DNA from: Candidatus Omnitrophota bacterium
Lineage (GTDB): Bacteria; Omnitrophota; Omnitrophia; Omnitrophales; Aquincolibacteriaceae
Direction: 5' to 3'
DNA: 64,000 nt
Assembly (NCBI GenBank): GCA_043732705.1
Contig: JAYTHE010000043.1
Coordinates: 9,067-73,066, forward strand
Shown: positions 1 to 12,000 of the stretch, piece after piece
How positions within the stretch are numbered: the first letter of the stretch is position 1
Layout: each line of letters begins with the position of its first letter
Notes under the pieces: generated by a model
Database searches by the model: none
Told to the model about the DNA's origin: nothing
The model's input: only the letters and a program-made list of their open reading frames with translations
Made by a program: the position numbers and the translations under genes

Positions 1-591
1 ATTGTTTTCATGGGTATGGGCGAACCGCTTGATAATTTTGAAGCAACGATGAAGGCGATTGAAATTTTGACCGCAGAATGGGGCTTTGAACTGGGCGGCC
101 GGCGTGTGACGGTTTCAACGTCAGGCATTACTCCCAAAATTATTGAATTTGTCGAGCGCGTTGACGGCCGCGTACGGCTTTCGGTTTCCCTGCATTCTTC
201 CAAACCCGAGGTGCGTGATGTGCTGGTGCCGATTAATAAGCGTTACACCATTGATAATCTCGTTGCGACATTGACCGAAGTCCACCGCAAGCTCAAACGC
301 GAAATTACTTTCGAATATACTTTGATCGAAAACATCAATGACACTGAAGAAGAAGCTCGGGGAGTGGCGAAGATTGCCGCGCCGCTTAACGCAAAAGTAA
401 ATTTAATTCCCTATAATCCGATTCGTGAAATGGCGGCAGTTTACAGAACGCCTTCGAAAGACCGCATCGAAAAATTTCAAAAAATCCTTGTCGCGAAAGG
501 GCTACGAGTTACTCTTAGGCAAACGGCTGGCAGGGAAATAGACGCCGCCTGCGGACAGCTCAGATTGGACCGCGAGCAGGCCAAAGGTTAA
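1..591 (+). CDS. rlmN: 23S rRNA/tRNA m2A methyltransferase RlmN (radical SAM), C-terminal part; 5' end lies outside the window
   Basis: The ORF is open from the window edge. C-terminal RlmN/Cfr-like residues are visible (GMGEPLDNF..VSTSG..NLIPYNPI). The stop is TAA at 589-591. Confidence 0.8.
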   Translation: MVFMGMGEPLDNFEATMKAIEILTAEWGFELGGRRVTVSTSGITPKIIEFVERVDGRVRLSVSLHSSKPEVRDVLVPINKRYTIDNLVATLTEVHRKLKREITFEYTLIENINDTEEEARGVAKIAAPLNAKVNLIPYNPIREMAAVYRTPSKDRIEKFQKILVAKGLRVTLRQTAGREIDAACGQLRLDREQAKG

Positions 592-668
592 AGCTTAAAG
601 GGCAAAACTACGGCTCAAAGCCCAAAGCTGTTCGAACAGTTTTGAACTTTAAGTTTTCAGCTATAGAG
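592..668. repeat. family-2 AT-rich palindromic element, copy a
   Basis: The sequence agcttaaagggcaaaactacggctcaaagcccaaagctgttcgaacagttttgaactttaagttttcagctatagagct lies between the convergent genes rlmN and the IVS gene. Confidence 0.55.
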
Positions 669-1086
669 CTGTGCCGGGCTCTTTTTTTCCATGCAAGGTA
701 AGTAAGCTTGACCCCAGCATCCTGCACAAGCTGTGATTTTCCGCCAAGAGTTTTTCAACAGATTGAGAGTCGGCTTTTTTGGAGTCACGCAACAGACAAA
801 GCCAATACTCGCTTTCATTTGCAGACTTCAAAGCGTAAGTAAAAAAGTTAGCAAAATCCTTCCGTGACCCGCTGCCTTTAGCCTCGATTATATTTGCCCC
901 AATGGAAGTGGCAGAGCGTAGTAATTGTTTTGTAATGATTTGAGACAAGAAATCCTTTTGAAGGGCTTCTAAAAAACGGATAATTTGAATCGAAAAAGAA
1001 TAGCTCTTTTCTTGCATTAAGGTTTTGGGTCTTGGGCTGTAGTTTTGAGCTTGAAGATTTAAGTTTTGGGTTCTTTGAATGTCCAT
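661..1086 (-). CDS. four-helix-bundle protein of the 23S rRNA intervening-sequence family
   Basis: The translation (FSIQIIRFLEALQKD...ATSIGANIIEAKGSGSRKDFANFFTYALKSANESEYWL) matches the IVS four-helix-bundle family pattern. The true start may be the internal Met near 1017, because the upstream 69 nt overlap the neighbouring gene. Confidence 0.75.
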   Translation of the reverse strand: MDIQRTQNLNLQAQNYSPRPKTLMQEKSYSFSIQIIRFLEALQKDFLSQIITKQLLRSATSIGANIIEAKGSGSRKDFANFFTYALKSANESEYWLCLLRDSKKADSQSVEKLLAENHSLCRMLGSSLLTLHGKKEPGTAL

Positions 1087-2672
1087 AGATCCTCCAATTC
1101 TGGATTTTGCTTATAAATCGTTTCCAATCTTTCGGATAAATATCCGTCCGTTAAGGCGTCCAAAAGCGAAGTCAGCTCTTCAAGTCGCAGCAGCCGGTCA
1201 GCATGGATTTTTTGATCGGCCGCGGGGTTCTGAACCGTTTCGACCTGTAAACGCCGCCGCTCATAATAAAGCCGTGTGGCTTCAGCTAGCAGGTCATTTC
1301 TTAAATCCACCATGAGTTTGGCACGCGAATCAATCGAGGTTTGGCTCGTGTTGAAAAGAAAATTTCCGAGATCCCAGGAAACATCTGCGCTTGCCGTGCG
1401 GTGCTTGTCGGCCGGGCCCTCGATAAAAACATCTTTATCGGCTGTGCCGGCGCGATCCAAATCAATATTATTGGCGCGGTATAAATCTTTGCCGAAAGAA
1501 AGATTGGGCAGCAAAGCAGCCAAGCGTGATTCCGCGTGCCAGCGTTTTATTTTTGCATTACTCGTATCCGAATATTGAATGACCTGCTTGTGAATTTTTC
1601 GCACCGATGGTTCAAGGTAAATAAGCTTGTTAAAAAGGACCGCACATTCAGGTGAAATAGATTTTTTCAAAGCGGACGCTTTCCATTGCCAAAGGCCTTC
1701 CGAATTGGCGGCAAGCAAGCTTTCAGAATTTGGCAAAAGCAACAGAGCGGAAACATCCAGCTTGGCAAGCCCGTCATTTTGAAATTTCCAGCGCTGATTG
1801 ATTTCTTGCCAAATAAAAACGCCTTGCTTAGTAACCGCGTAAAGCGTGGAGCTTTTTTCATCCCAGAGAATTCTTGAAACGGCGGTGTTGCGTAATCCCG
1901 AATTCGAAAGCTGTGTCCAGGTCATGCCGTCCGCGCTTTTAAAGACGCCTTGCAGGGATGCAAGGTAATAATTTTTATCCGTTTTTAGATAATCGAAAAA
2001 AGACGCCAGCGGCAAAATCTTCTCGACCGCTTGTTCGGAATCAGACCAGGAGGTTGTCTCCGTCTGATCTTCGAAAGCAAACAAACGCAAGAGAGTTTGA
2101 GGGCTATTTTCTTTTGCCTTAAACCATGTGCCGTCCGCAGAAAAGAAAAAGTCAGAATTTGATTTTGCAATTAATCCTACAGGCTGGTGATCCGCCAGTG
2201 CGGAGATTTTTTGCCAGCTTTTTCCAGCGTCCTTTGAAGACCATAAGCCCGAAGCTGTGCCGGTCCAGAAACTTTCAGAGTCCATAAAAAATGAAAGCGG
2301 TTGTTTTTCGGGATCATTGGATTCATAAACTTTTTCCGCGGTGTGTGATTCAGAGTCCAGTTTAAAAATATTCCGGCGTGTTTGAATCCACAAAGAAGAG
2401 GAGTCTGGAAATATTCGGAGCCGTACAATGGAGTCAGCAGACGAAGGCAGATTGAATACGGGCTGCCAAATATTTTTTTCATTTTGAAAAACCTGATGCG
2501 ACGTCGCCGCGTAAAAACAATCGGCCTTTTCGGCGCAAAGCGCCAAATCGACCGGTGTTTCTGCTGCAGGCGGCTGACTTATTTTTTCCCAATTAGCGTG
2601 CGCCGTAGCGGAAAAAAGACTCAGCCAGCTTGTTGCAAATAATCCGAAAATAAACCCCTTGAATAATTTCAT
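1059..2672 (-). CDS. secreted BNR/Ycf48-like repeat protein with a helical C-terminal region
   Basis: The N-terminus has a signal peptide (MKLFKGFIFGLFATSWLSLFSATAHA). There are several S-x-D-x-G-x-(T/S)-W BNR-like motifs (SKDAGKSWQ, SADGTWF, SADGMTWTQ). The gene is divergent from the giant gene. Confidence 0.55.
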   Translation of the reverse strand: MKLFKGFIFGLFATSWLSLFSATAHANWEKISQPPAAETPVDLALCAEKADCFYAATSHQVFQNEKNIWQPVFNLPSSADSIVRLRIFPDSSSLWIQTRRNIFKLDSESHTAEKVYESNDPEKQPLSFFMDSESFWTGTASGLWSSKDAGKSWQKISALADHQPVGLIAKSNSDFFFSADGTWFKAKENSPQTLLRLFAFEDQTETTSWSDSEQAVEKILPLASFFDYLKTDKNYYLASLQGVFKSADGMTWTQLSNSGLRNTAVSRILWDEKSSTLYAVTKQGVFIWQEINQRWKFQNDGLAKLDVSALLLLPNSESLLAANSEGLWQWKASALKKSISPECAVLFNKLIYLEPSVRKIHKQVIQYSDTSNAKIKRWHAESRLAALLPNLSFGKDLYRANNIDLDRAGTADKDVFIEGPADKHRTASADVSWDLGNFLFNTSQTSIDSRAKLMVDLRNDLLAEATRLYYERRRLQVETVQNPAADQKIHADRLLRLEELTSLLDALTDGYLSERLETIYKQNPELEDLWTFKEPKT

Positions 2673-2962
2673 ACTGTCCTCGGCATTATTTTTCTTACCC
2701 TGCTTGATTCCTGGTGTTAGAAGAGACTCCCATCACCAAAAGATGTTGTTATCTGTTACGCCAAGCAAATTGCTTCGTATGCATAGAATATATGCATAAT
2801 ATTTATATTCGTCAATCAAAATATGCTTAATAATCAATTTTTTGATAAAATTAGGCTGTTTTGTTGAAGTTTTCTAATGTGCAGGGCATCTTTTATCTAA
2901 TACCCAAAAGGGTAATAATTTTTTTGTAACCGCTGGCTTCATCAAGAGTTGAATTCGATTTT

Positions 2963-3043
2963 GTGAAAAATAAATTGTTACTACATAAATATGTGGCTGC
3001 GCTTCTCATCGTGTGTCTACTTGTGCAAGACGCTGCATTTGCA
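2963..3043 (+). other. predicted signal peptide of the giant protein (cleavage after AFA)
   Basis: The sequence MKNKLLLHKYVAALLIVCLLVQDAAFA-HG has a basic n-region, a hydrophobic core and an AxA site. Confidence 0.6.
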
Positions 3044-6000
3044 CATGGCGGGCCACGAACTACGAGTCACGAGCCACGAAAAAAAACGTGGTCCGTGGAA
3101 CGTGGAGCGAATTTATTTAATATTTCATCTCAGCTTGGATCTATCGAGGAATCTTTCGAAGGCACCAACGGCAAAAAAATTATTTTCATTCAAGATGCGC
3201 ATGACTCGCTTGAGGCGCAGGAAAATATCACAAGGCTCGTCACGCGTTTTGTTAAGCAAGGCGTGCAAACAGTTTTTGAAGAAGGCTATGCGGGACCGGT
3301 TCCTACCGACGCTTATTTTGGCGATATCAAAGACTCAAAGATTAAACACAAGGTAAGTTTTTACTATCTGGATCACTTAAAGCTTGGCGGAGCTGAATAC
3401 GCGCATATTAACCGGCGAAGCCGGTTGGCCGGAGACCCGAGGCCCGAGGCCCGAGAGCATAAAGCAGCGAATGCTGACTGGCAGTTAATTGGAGCGGATG
3501 ATTTGCCGGCCTATCTTGAAAATGTGCGGGCTTTCGCGGATTCGGAGAAAACACGCGAAGAAATCGAAGAAAATCTGCGGGCAATATTCCGAGAGCTTGC
3601 AAATATAGCCAAAGCGAAGTTTTCAAGATCCGCACAAAGCTGGATCCGCGACCGGCTGCGTTATGAAAACAACCGTCTGACGGTTTCGGATTATATCCAG
3701 CGAACATTGGCGCCTTTTGATTTGAATGATCAGCGCAAATGGCCGCTGCTTTTTGCCGTTCAAGCAACAAGCGCTCAAAAGGAAAATGCCGAGGCGCTTT
3801 TAAGGGGTGCGAACCCGCGTGAAATTTTAAACGAGCTCGCCGCGGCGGAAACGAAGCTGGAAGCGCGCTATTTTCAAAGCGCGGAAGAAATACAGCTATG
3901 GCATTTTTTGCGGGCAGCACGAAGGCTGGCCAAGCTTTCGGAGTTACGGCTCAATCCTTCAGACCTGAATCAGCTTAAAACTGAGATGTCCGCCCTTGAT
4001 ACGGAAAAGCTCGCCGCATGGATCGCGAAAGAAAAAAGCTCGCCCGTTGTGCTTTCCAAAAAATGGGAAAGCCAAATTAAATCCGCACTGCGTTTTTATG
4101 AGCTTGCCGCGATTCGCGAGCAAGCCGTTGAGAAAACTTTGTTAGACTGGAGACGAGAGACCGGAGACAAAAGACCAACATCCGAGATGGGAGCGGGGTC
4201 TGTCCCAAGCGAAGCGCGTGGACTGACCCCTATGGTTTCTAGTCACGACCAAAACGGAACGGCCGTTTTGGTATTCGGCGGATTTCACAAAGAGGGAATT
4301 ACCGGCATGCTTCGCAAATATGGATTTTCGTATTGCGTTATCACGCCAAAGATCTCAGAGCCTTCGCTGAAACATCAAAAGCTTTATCGTGAGGCGATGC
4401 TTTCTAAGGGCCTTCGGCCTTCGGCCGCCGGGCTTGCGGCGCATGCCGCGCGCGCTCCCGATCTCTTTTTAACCATTCCGCTGTCCGCTGCCCGCACCGA
4501 AATCCGCGGACTTGCCGAATTTGCTACGCGCTCCGAAATTCGCGCGCTATCTCTCCCCGAATTTTCCTTTCAGGCCGAAAAGCGGCTTGAAGAAATTAAG
4601 CGCTCCGAAGCACGTGCAAGTGAAAAAATGGAAGATTGGATTCATAGCATTGAAAACGAATTGCGCAAGCCGAAGCCCGATTCAGCCGCGCTCGAGAAAA
4701 TAGAGGCGGCGGCGCATGCATGGGTTTTGCAGCTTAAAGGTTTAGACGGAGCAGATGAGCTGTTAAGTGACGAATATTTTGGAGCTGATTATAGAAAAGT
4801 TTCCACCGAAGAGCGCCAATGGATGCGTGTATTTTTAGCGGCGGCGGTGGTTATTTTGGCAATGGATGATCCCGATTTGAAGCAATTGCGGAAGCTGGAT
4901 GATTTAATTGGGCAATTTAATCAAAAATATAATCAAAGCAACTGGGGCTGGGCGCTGGTGCTTTTTATGAAGCTGGCGCTGAACCGGTTTGTGGTGGAAG
5001 GGCCCAAGCTTCGCACTTTGCTTAAATTGTACGGACGCGGCACGCGTCTTCCCGGTGAGTACAAATATAAAATGGCGGCCTTCACTTTACTTTTACTTGG
5101 CATGCATCTCGGGCATGACGCGGATCCGACCGACGGCCCCGATTTAAATCCGTCCAGTAGTTTAGGGCTTGCTGTTGAGACTTTAAAACATCCCGAAGTG
5201 TTAAATGAAATCCCCGAACCAATGCGCGAGGGAATTTTGGAAGCGTTGCGTGTTGGCTTGACGCATTACGTGGTTTCATCTTGGTTTTGGTGGAAAATAG
5301 GCGCACCCAAACTTAAAAAACAGCTTATTCAAAATCGTGATTTAATCCGAAGTGTGTTGGCTGAAATGAAAAGCCGTTCCGCGCAGCCGGCCGCGATTTT
5401 CGTTTTTGGACGGAAACGATGGATGAATAGGCGTTTTTTTGAAAGTGATTTAAGAAAACAACGGCCTGTCGCAGCATGGGATGAGATTTTGCTTCATCCG
5501 TTTAAGGCGGAGAATTGGAGCCCGTTTCTTCTTTTTGTTCAAGCAAGAACGTCATTTGGTTTACCTGCGCCGAACGAGACAAAGCAGCACGCAACGGACG
5601 CCGCTTATGCTCGAATTATGGATCAACTTGAGTCCTTATCAGATGAACCGGAACAACGCTCCGAAGCACGGGCACGTGAAAAACAGCCGTCGATTTTCTC
5701 AATTTTTCATCCTTGGCATGCGTGGTATTCGCTTGCATGGACAGTTGCCACAGGCAAGTGGATGTTTTATTTAGATGGTCTTCGAAAGGAGCTTGCGAAA
5801 AACAAATATGCCGCACCTGATTGGCTGGGATGGGTTCCAGACATTGCGATTACAGCTTTTGCGCTTAACTTTCTTGTTTTTTTTCTTACCGGGTTATTTG
5901 TTACAAAAGGAACAGAGCTTCGAAATGACCATCAGGAAAAAGTCGCGCTCTGTTTTGTGTTCGGAGCATTTATGTTCGTGGTTTTGGGAGAGTTTTTAAT

Positions 6001-9000
6001 TCCGCCGCCGTTAAATTATTTTGACTGGAAAGATATCGGCGCCTATTCAATTGGACTTGCTATGGCGATTACTGTTCGAGACATTGGACTGGCAAGGCTT
6101 GCGAAGAAGATCTTTTTTAAAGAAACAAAAAGTACGCGCTCCGAAATGCGGGAAGAAAAAAATGACCCACTACGAGCTGGGGAAGTTCTCCAGAAAATAT
6201 TTCGTGAAGGGACATGGCAGCCTCAAGAACTCGGAATGCTTTTCCCTGATCTCGATGATTCAGAAAAATTTCGTTTGCCCGCATTTATTTTTGAGGCGCA
6301 ACTATTCATCAAAACTCAAAACGCAAATCTCTGGGAATATCTTTCGCGTTTGCTCGTGGTTTACGTTGGTCCGGCTGGCCCCTGGCTTTATCTTTACGAC
6401 GCTGCAACCCTTTCGGTGGACCTTTTTATAATGAGCGGTGTTTTTCTCGTACTTGCCTGGAGAAGCTTCAGTCAAATCGCTTCGCTTGCGCAAACGCGCA
6501 TTCTTTTCCTCAAAGCGTTCAAGAGCGCGCATGACGCCATTATAAAAGAGCGGCAAGTCACAGCTGATTTAACTGATACAGGGGATTCGAGCGGACGCTC
6601 AGAGTTTCGGATGCCGCAGGAGCAAGGCCTTGCGAATTTAACGTTGGCGATTAATGTCATGGATTTGGGCGCGGAGATTCAGCCGGACGGGAAAATAATT
6701 TATAAAAACAGTTTTGAAAAACTGAAACAGCTGCTGCCAGTTTTGCAAGGCATGGGTATTCGAAAAATTTATCTCTATGGGCTGGCGGAAGTAAGTGAAA
6801 TTTCAAAAAAGATTCATACGGTTCCGGACGAAGGCTTGCATTTTATTTCGGGCGGTAAAGCAACTGTGATGGTTGAGACTTACACTGTGCGTCGCGAAGA
6901 AGCCGGAGAAAATGAAAAAATAAAATTAGATGATGCGCACGGCAATATTTTTTCAATTGCCGACTTGCGGAAAATAAACCCACAGTACGCGAGTAGTCCC
7001 AGTCGCGCTGAAAAAGAATTTAAAAGCCTAACAAGACTCGCGCATTCGTTGGATATCAAAATAACCGCGGATTTTATTTCTTGGCTTGCGCCCGATGCGA
7101 TCAATGAAAAGAATTATCGCCAAACATTTTATTACGAACTCTCCGAGGTGAAAAACCAGGAATTCCGTGATCAGCCGGATGAGGCAAAAAAACAAGCGTG
7201 GATTAATCAAGAGCTAGGAAGAAAAGAAGACGGCAAATTGGTTCACGGATCTTTTTTTGCGCTCCGCATTACAGAAAACGGGGCTGAGCGTGTGATCATG
7301 GTTAAACATTTGACTCCGTGGGGGGCAAATGCCGATCAAGTCATCCCTAATCCTTTTCACCCCGATTTAAAGACTTATTACAAAAATGCGCTCGAGAGAT
7401 TAATTGACCGCGGAGTGGATGAAGTGCGCGTGGATATCGGCCATATGCTGCTCAAACAAAATATGCGTGGATATTTCGAAGAATTGCGCTCCAAAGGCAT
7501 GAATCTTGAAGATTGGCTGAAGGCGAACAGCTTCGGCCTTCGCAAAAATGAAAAATTTGAAAGCTGGTTTGACCGGCAAGGCGATATGTGGCATGAGGTG
7601 GTTGATCATGCCAAGACTTATGCTATTGGTCATGGAAAGCGCATTCGTTTTACGATGGAAACGTATAGTCCGGGAGAGAAGCAAACACTTTTTGCGCAAG
7701 GTGTTAATGCAAGCTACAACAAATCCATTTTAGATACGTACGGAGAAATTGCGAAGGGGGATTTGCGCGCGTACAAGTTTGATGATCCCGTGAAACATGT
7801 TTTTCACGATCGCCCTTGGGCTCTTTCTTTTTTAACCAACTTTGACCAGCTCTCGTTGGCCAAGTTTGGCGGCCCATCCCAAGCCGGATTTATGTTGCTT
7901 GTTGCTCTTTCCCATTTGGGCGTTCCGTCTATGATCGACTTGCGGGATCTGATGCTGCATCACGGCCAAATCGCTAAAATTGTAGGGGGAACCTGGGACG
8001 CGAATGACTCGCATCATCATGCTTTTGCCGGCGAAAGCGATTTTAAAATGTATGGCGGCACTGAGGCTTTAATCTCCGAGGTTGGAAATGCCGCTCTCGG
8101 AAAAGTTCTCAAAGATTTCCAAAACATTCACCCCGGAAAAAAAGAACGCTATTTTGATATTTTGAACAATGAAAAACGCGAACGTTATTTTAGCTTGGGC
8201 TGGCTGAATGAAGATGGCGATTGGGTCATTGTCTTGTTGGATTTTTGGGCGCATGACGACAGATTGGGAGAAAAGAAAGAATTCGTCAAAGTAGGAATGC
8301 CCCCGAGCACTCCGGAAACCCATTTTAAATATCAAGATTATGATGCGGTTGATTCGGAAGGGAGAAGTCTCGCGTGGGGGCGATGGTTGGGAGAAGGCGG
8401 CGATCCGGAAGTCGTTTCCGTTCATTTTGACGAAGCCGAAAAAATGGCGCCTTATAAAATTATTAAGCTTAAACGAAAAAAAGAAGCGCCGCATTTGCCT
8501 GCGCCCGCAGCGGTTGAATTAACCCGCGAAACCATGCTTAGGCATCCTTTTCCGGAAGCGCGTTTGCGCGAGTTGGAAAAAATTCTCAGCGAGTCGGCTT
8601 ACGCGGACTTGCGCGAAGATGCGATTTTCTTCGCGCTGATGGATGAAGATTTTTTTGTGCGCGCCTATGCCGCGAATATTCTTGCGGACAAGGTAACAAA
8701 TTATAAATATGAATCGCAGCCCGAAGCCTGGATCAAACATTTTATAAATCCGCTTATGTCACTTGACGCGTTAAATGAAAAACGCATTCCCGGTCTGCTT
8801 CATTTTGACCCGCGCCGCGCCGCGCGCAATAAGCGCAATGCGCTGCTCTATGCTTTTGCCCGGCTGAGAGAAAAAAATGGAAGTGACCGGCCGGTATATC
8901 GCCGTACAGTTACCGCGCTTTTTCAAAACACACTCGAAACGCAGGCGCGCGAGTGGCAGTCGGAAAATGAATCCAAGGTTACCAAAATCTTAGCGGAGGA

Positions 9001-12000
9001 AGGCCTTAAAATGGGGGTTGGAACGGCTGAGCCGCTTAATTTAGCGGAATTGCTGCGCCTTATTTATCTGCGGCATTTACAAAAACTCAAAGTTTTGGAA
9101 AAAAATGAGAAGGACAAATTTCATTGGGTGACTACCGCTTTACAGAAAATGGTTCCCCCCAAGTCCGCGGCGGGCAAAGTTATTTTTTCTCCCGCCCGCT
9201 CCGAAATGCGCACGTTGCGCGAACAAATTTTAGAAAATGATTTTCTGAGAGAAAAATTTACCGATGAGCAGCTTGTTCTTTCTAAGCCTTTGTCTGATCA
9301 TAAAAATCATGGGCAAATTTATCCGGGAAGAAAACAAGCTGATGGAAGCCAGTTATTTATTAAAATTAACCCGCATGCGCCAGGCGATGACCAATATGAC
9401 AGTGCCAATAAGCATCTTTTGAGAGAAGCCAAGACGCTTGTTGAGTTAAACCAAAAAGGAGTCGCAGGAATTCCTAAGCTGATCCAAATCGGCATAACGG
9501 CAGGCGGACAGATTTGGCTTCGCATGGCAGGCATTCCTGATGCCCAGATGTTTATTACTGACGCCTGGGACAGTCTCGACATAGAAGACCAACTTGAACT
9601 TTTAGCACAAATGGCAGATATCATTGCAAGTGTCCACGTGCAAGGATTTTTGCATATGGATTTGAAGCCCAAAAACTTTCTATTTGCTCGGGGAAGCACC
9701 GGCAAACCACAGGCAATGTTGATTGATTTTGGATCAGCCGCAAAATTAGGTGAATATATTCGCCATCACGGGTCGGAGCTATTTGCTCCGCCCGAAATCA
9801 ATGAGTTTACGCCCGCCAAAACCCCTTTTGATGTTTTTAGTTTTGGAAGAACGTTAGAGTCTGTTTTTGGAATTTTTGCAAAACAGCACCTAACGGAATA
9901 TTTTAAAAAGAACGCGACAGAAAAAAATTTTTCTTACTTAGAAAAGTATGGGCTAGGTCTTTTAATTGAAGGCATGGTTTTAAAAGAGCCGAGCAAGCGC
10001 CTGCCAAAAACTTTTTTCGAAGTCGCGTTGATTTTGCGTGATATTCGCGGGCGTCTTTTGAATGAAAAGCCTTTGCCTTTCTGGTTTCGTAAAAAAATCG
10101 AAATCGATCAATGGCTAAAAGGTAAAGGGTATCGCGATTTTGACCGTGTCATTGCGTATCCGTTTGCGATTTCGCGCTCTGAAATGCGAACGCAAAATAA
10201 AAAAGACGAAGCCGTGCGACGCAGTGCGATATTGCGTGCGTTTAAAGAAGGTAAAATGGACGGCAGACAATGGCCTTCCGAAGCGCGATTAATTCTGGAT
10301 CTTTTTTTGCGAGGACGTTTTTCCGGGCGCGTCGCCAAAGAAATATTGGAAAAATTTTCGACTCGGACTCCGCGTCCCGAAGGCTTAACAACGCTTTTGC
10401 TTTCCGCCCAAGTTGCGTTAGAAAAAAATTTAGATGCAAAGTGGATTCCGGTGCTCGTGGCGATAAATCATTTTCCACGCAGCGGGAAAGACGTCCGGGC
10501 GCGGATAAAAGAGTACGAAAAAAATATTTATCCGAAAGCGGCACCTAAAAAGCTCAAAGAAGCCGCGGAAACGGTTTATGACCGGAGCCGGGCTCCAGAA
10601 TCAATTGCTGAAAAGGGCTTGATCGCCGGATTGAGCCATTCCACGGAAGGCTTGCATGCTGTTTTGGCGTTCGATGAAACAATGCGGCAACTCAGCGGGG
10701 AACCCAGACCGGCGATGGTAGATGTTCTCTTGGGCCTCGACCAACTAAAAAGCCGTCGGGGCGGATTGAGCGAAGAAGTCAAATTCCTTTCCGGCTGGCT
10801 GCTATTACCAAAAAATGAAATGCGGCAGCGGCTTGTACTTTGGAAAACGGCCGAGATGATGGAGGTCACAGGGCTTGAATATTTGTTGATCGATGATTTT
10901 TTACGGCGCGGCGCGAAGTCACAGCAAATCAAAGCTTATGTCTATTTATTCCAGGCGGTGACACCGGCAGCGGATGAAAGCCAAGCGCATGCGTATCGTG
11001 CGTGGATTACGGGCGTTTTGCATGAGGTTTCCACCGTCTACCATGATCGTTTCGCCAAACATTTTAAATTTAGAGAAACTACGGCAGCAACCTGGCCGGA
11101 AGCCGCGCGGAAAAAAATGCAGCGCGCCGCCGCTTATCTTTGGAATGAAATTGAAAGCCTGCCGCCGCTGCCGCCCAATGGGGAGTATCGACAGCAAATT
11201 GAGGATTTAAAACAGCTTTTAATTCTTGCGGCCAATCTGGGAGCCTCAAGCTATGTTTGGAGGATGATCGACGCGCTTTCGCCTTGGAAGCACTTTTCGG
11301 TTTTATCTGCTTTTGCCTATATGTTTGATGATGATGGTCTTCTGGATAAGGCTACCGCAAGGAAAGCAGTGCATGATTTTTTTGATGGATATGGCAAGCG
11401 CCGCGCTGAACAAGCGGATGCGTTTTTGGACCGCGTTAAAAAGTTAGATGTTTTGCAGGGCGGGTCGGTAAAAAGCATCGCGAACTATTTTAAGAAAAAC
11501 GATTCGCCTTTATTGGATGAAGGCGAAACGCGGCGCTGGCTGGAACTTATCAAGTTATTGTACGAAGGAGAAGGAAGTCTGTCGAAACAAAAAACTCCCG
11601 CGCGGTGGAAAGCAAAAGCGACAAAATTCACGCATGAAGTTACTCAAAAATTTAAAATAGATATGGCCCCCTATTATTCCGGACTGAGCGGTGTGATTAA
11701 ATACACCATTTATGAAGATGGAGAGCGCTTGGCGCTTACGATTAAAATAAAATTGCCGAACCATCCGGGACGCCCGCTCGTCCTGTTAATGGCTGCTAAC
11801 ACCGAAGTCATGTTTAATGAATGGTCCTTGCTGGCCGCGCTTTATCTTGATTTACAGAATAACCGGCGGCCGGACGCATTTGACGGCGATGATGGCGATT
11901 CTTTCGCCCGCTCCGAAATGCGGAAGGAAATGTATGGTCTTTCGCGTGAAGAAATTTCCCGCATTTTGGCTTCGCATAACCCGGCTGGAATTAAAAAAGT

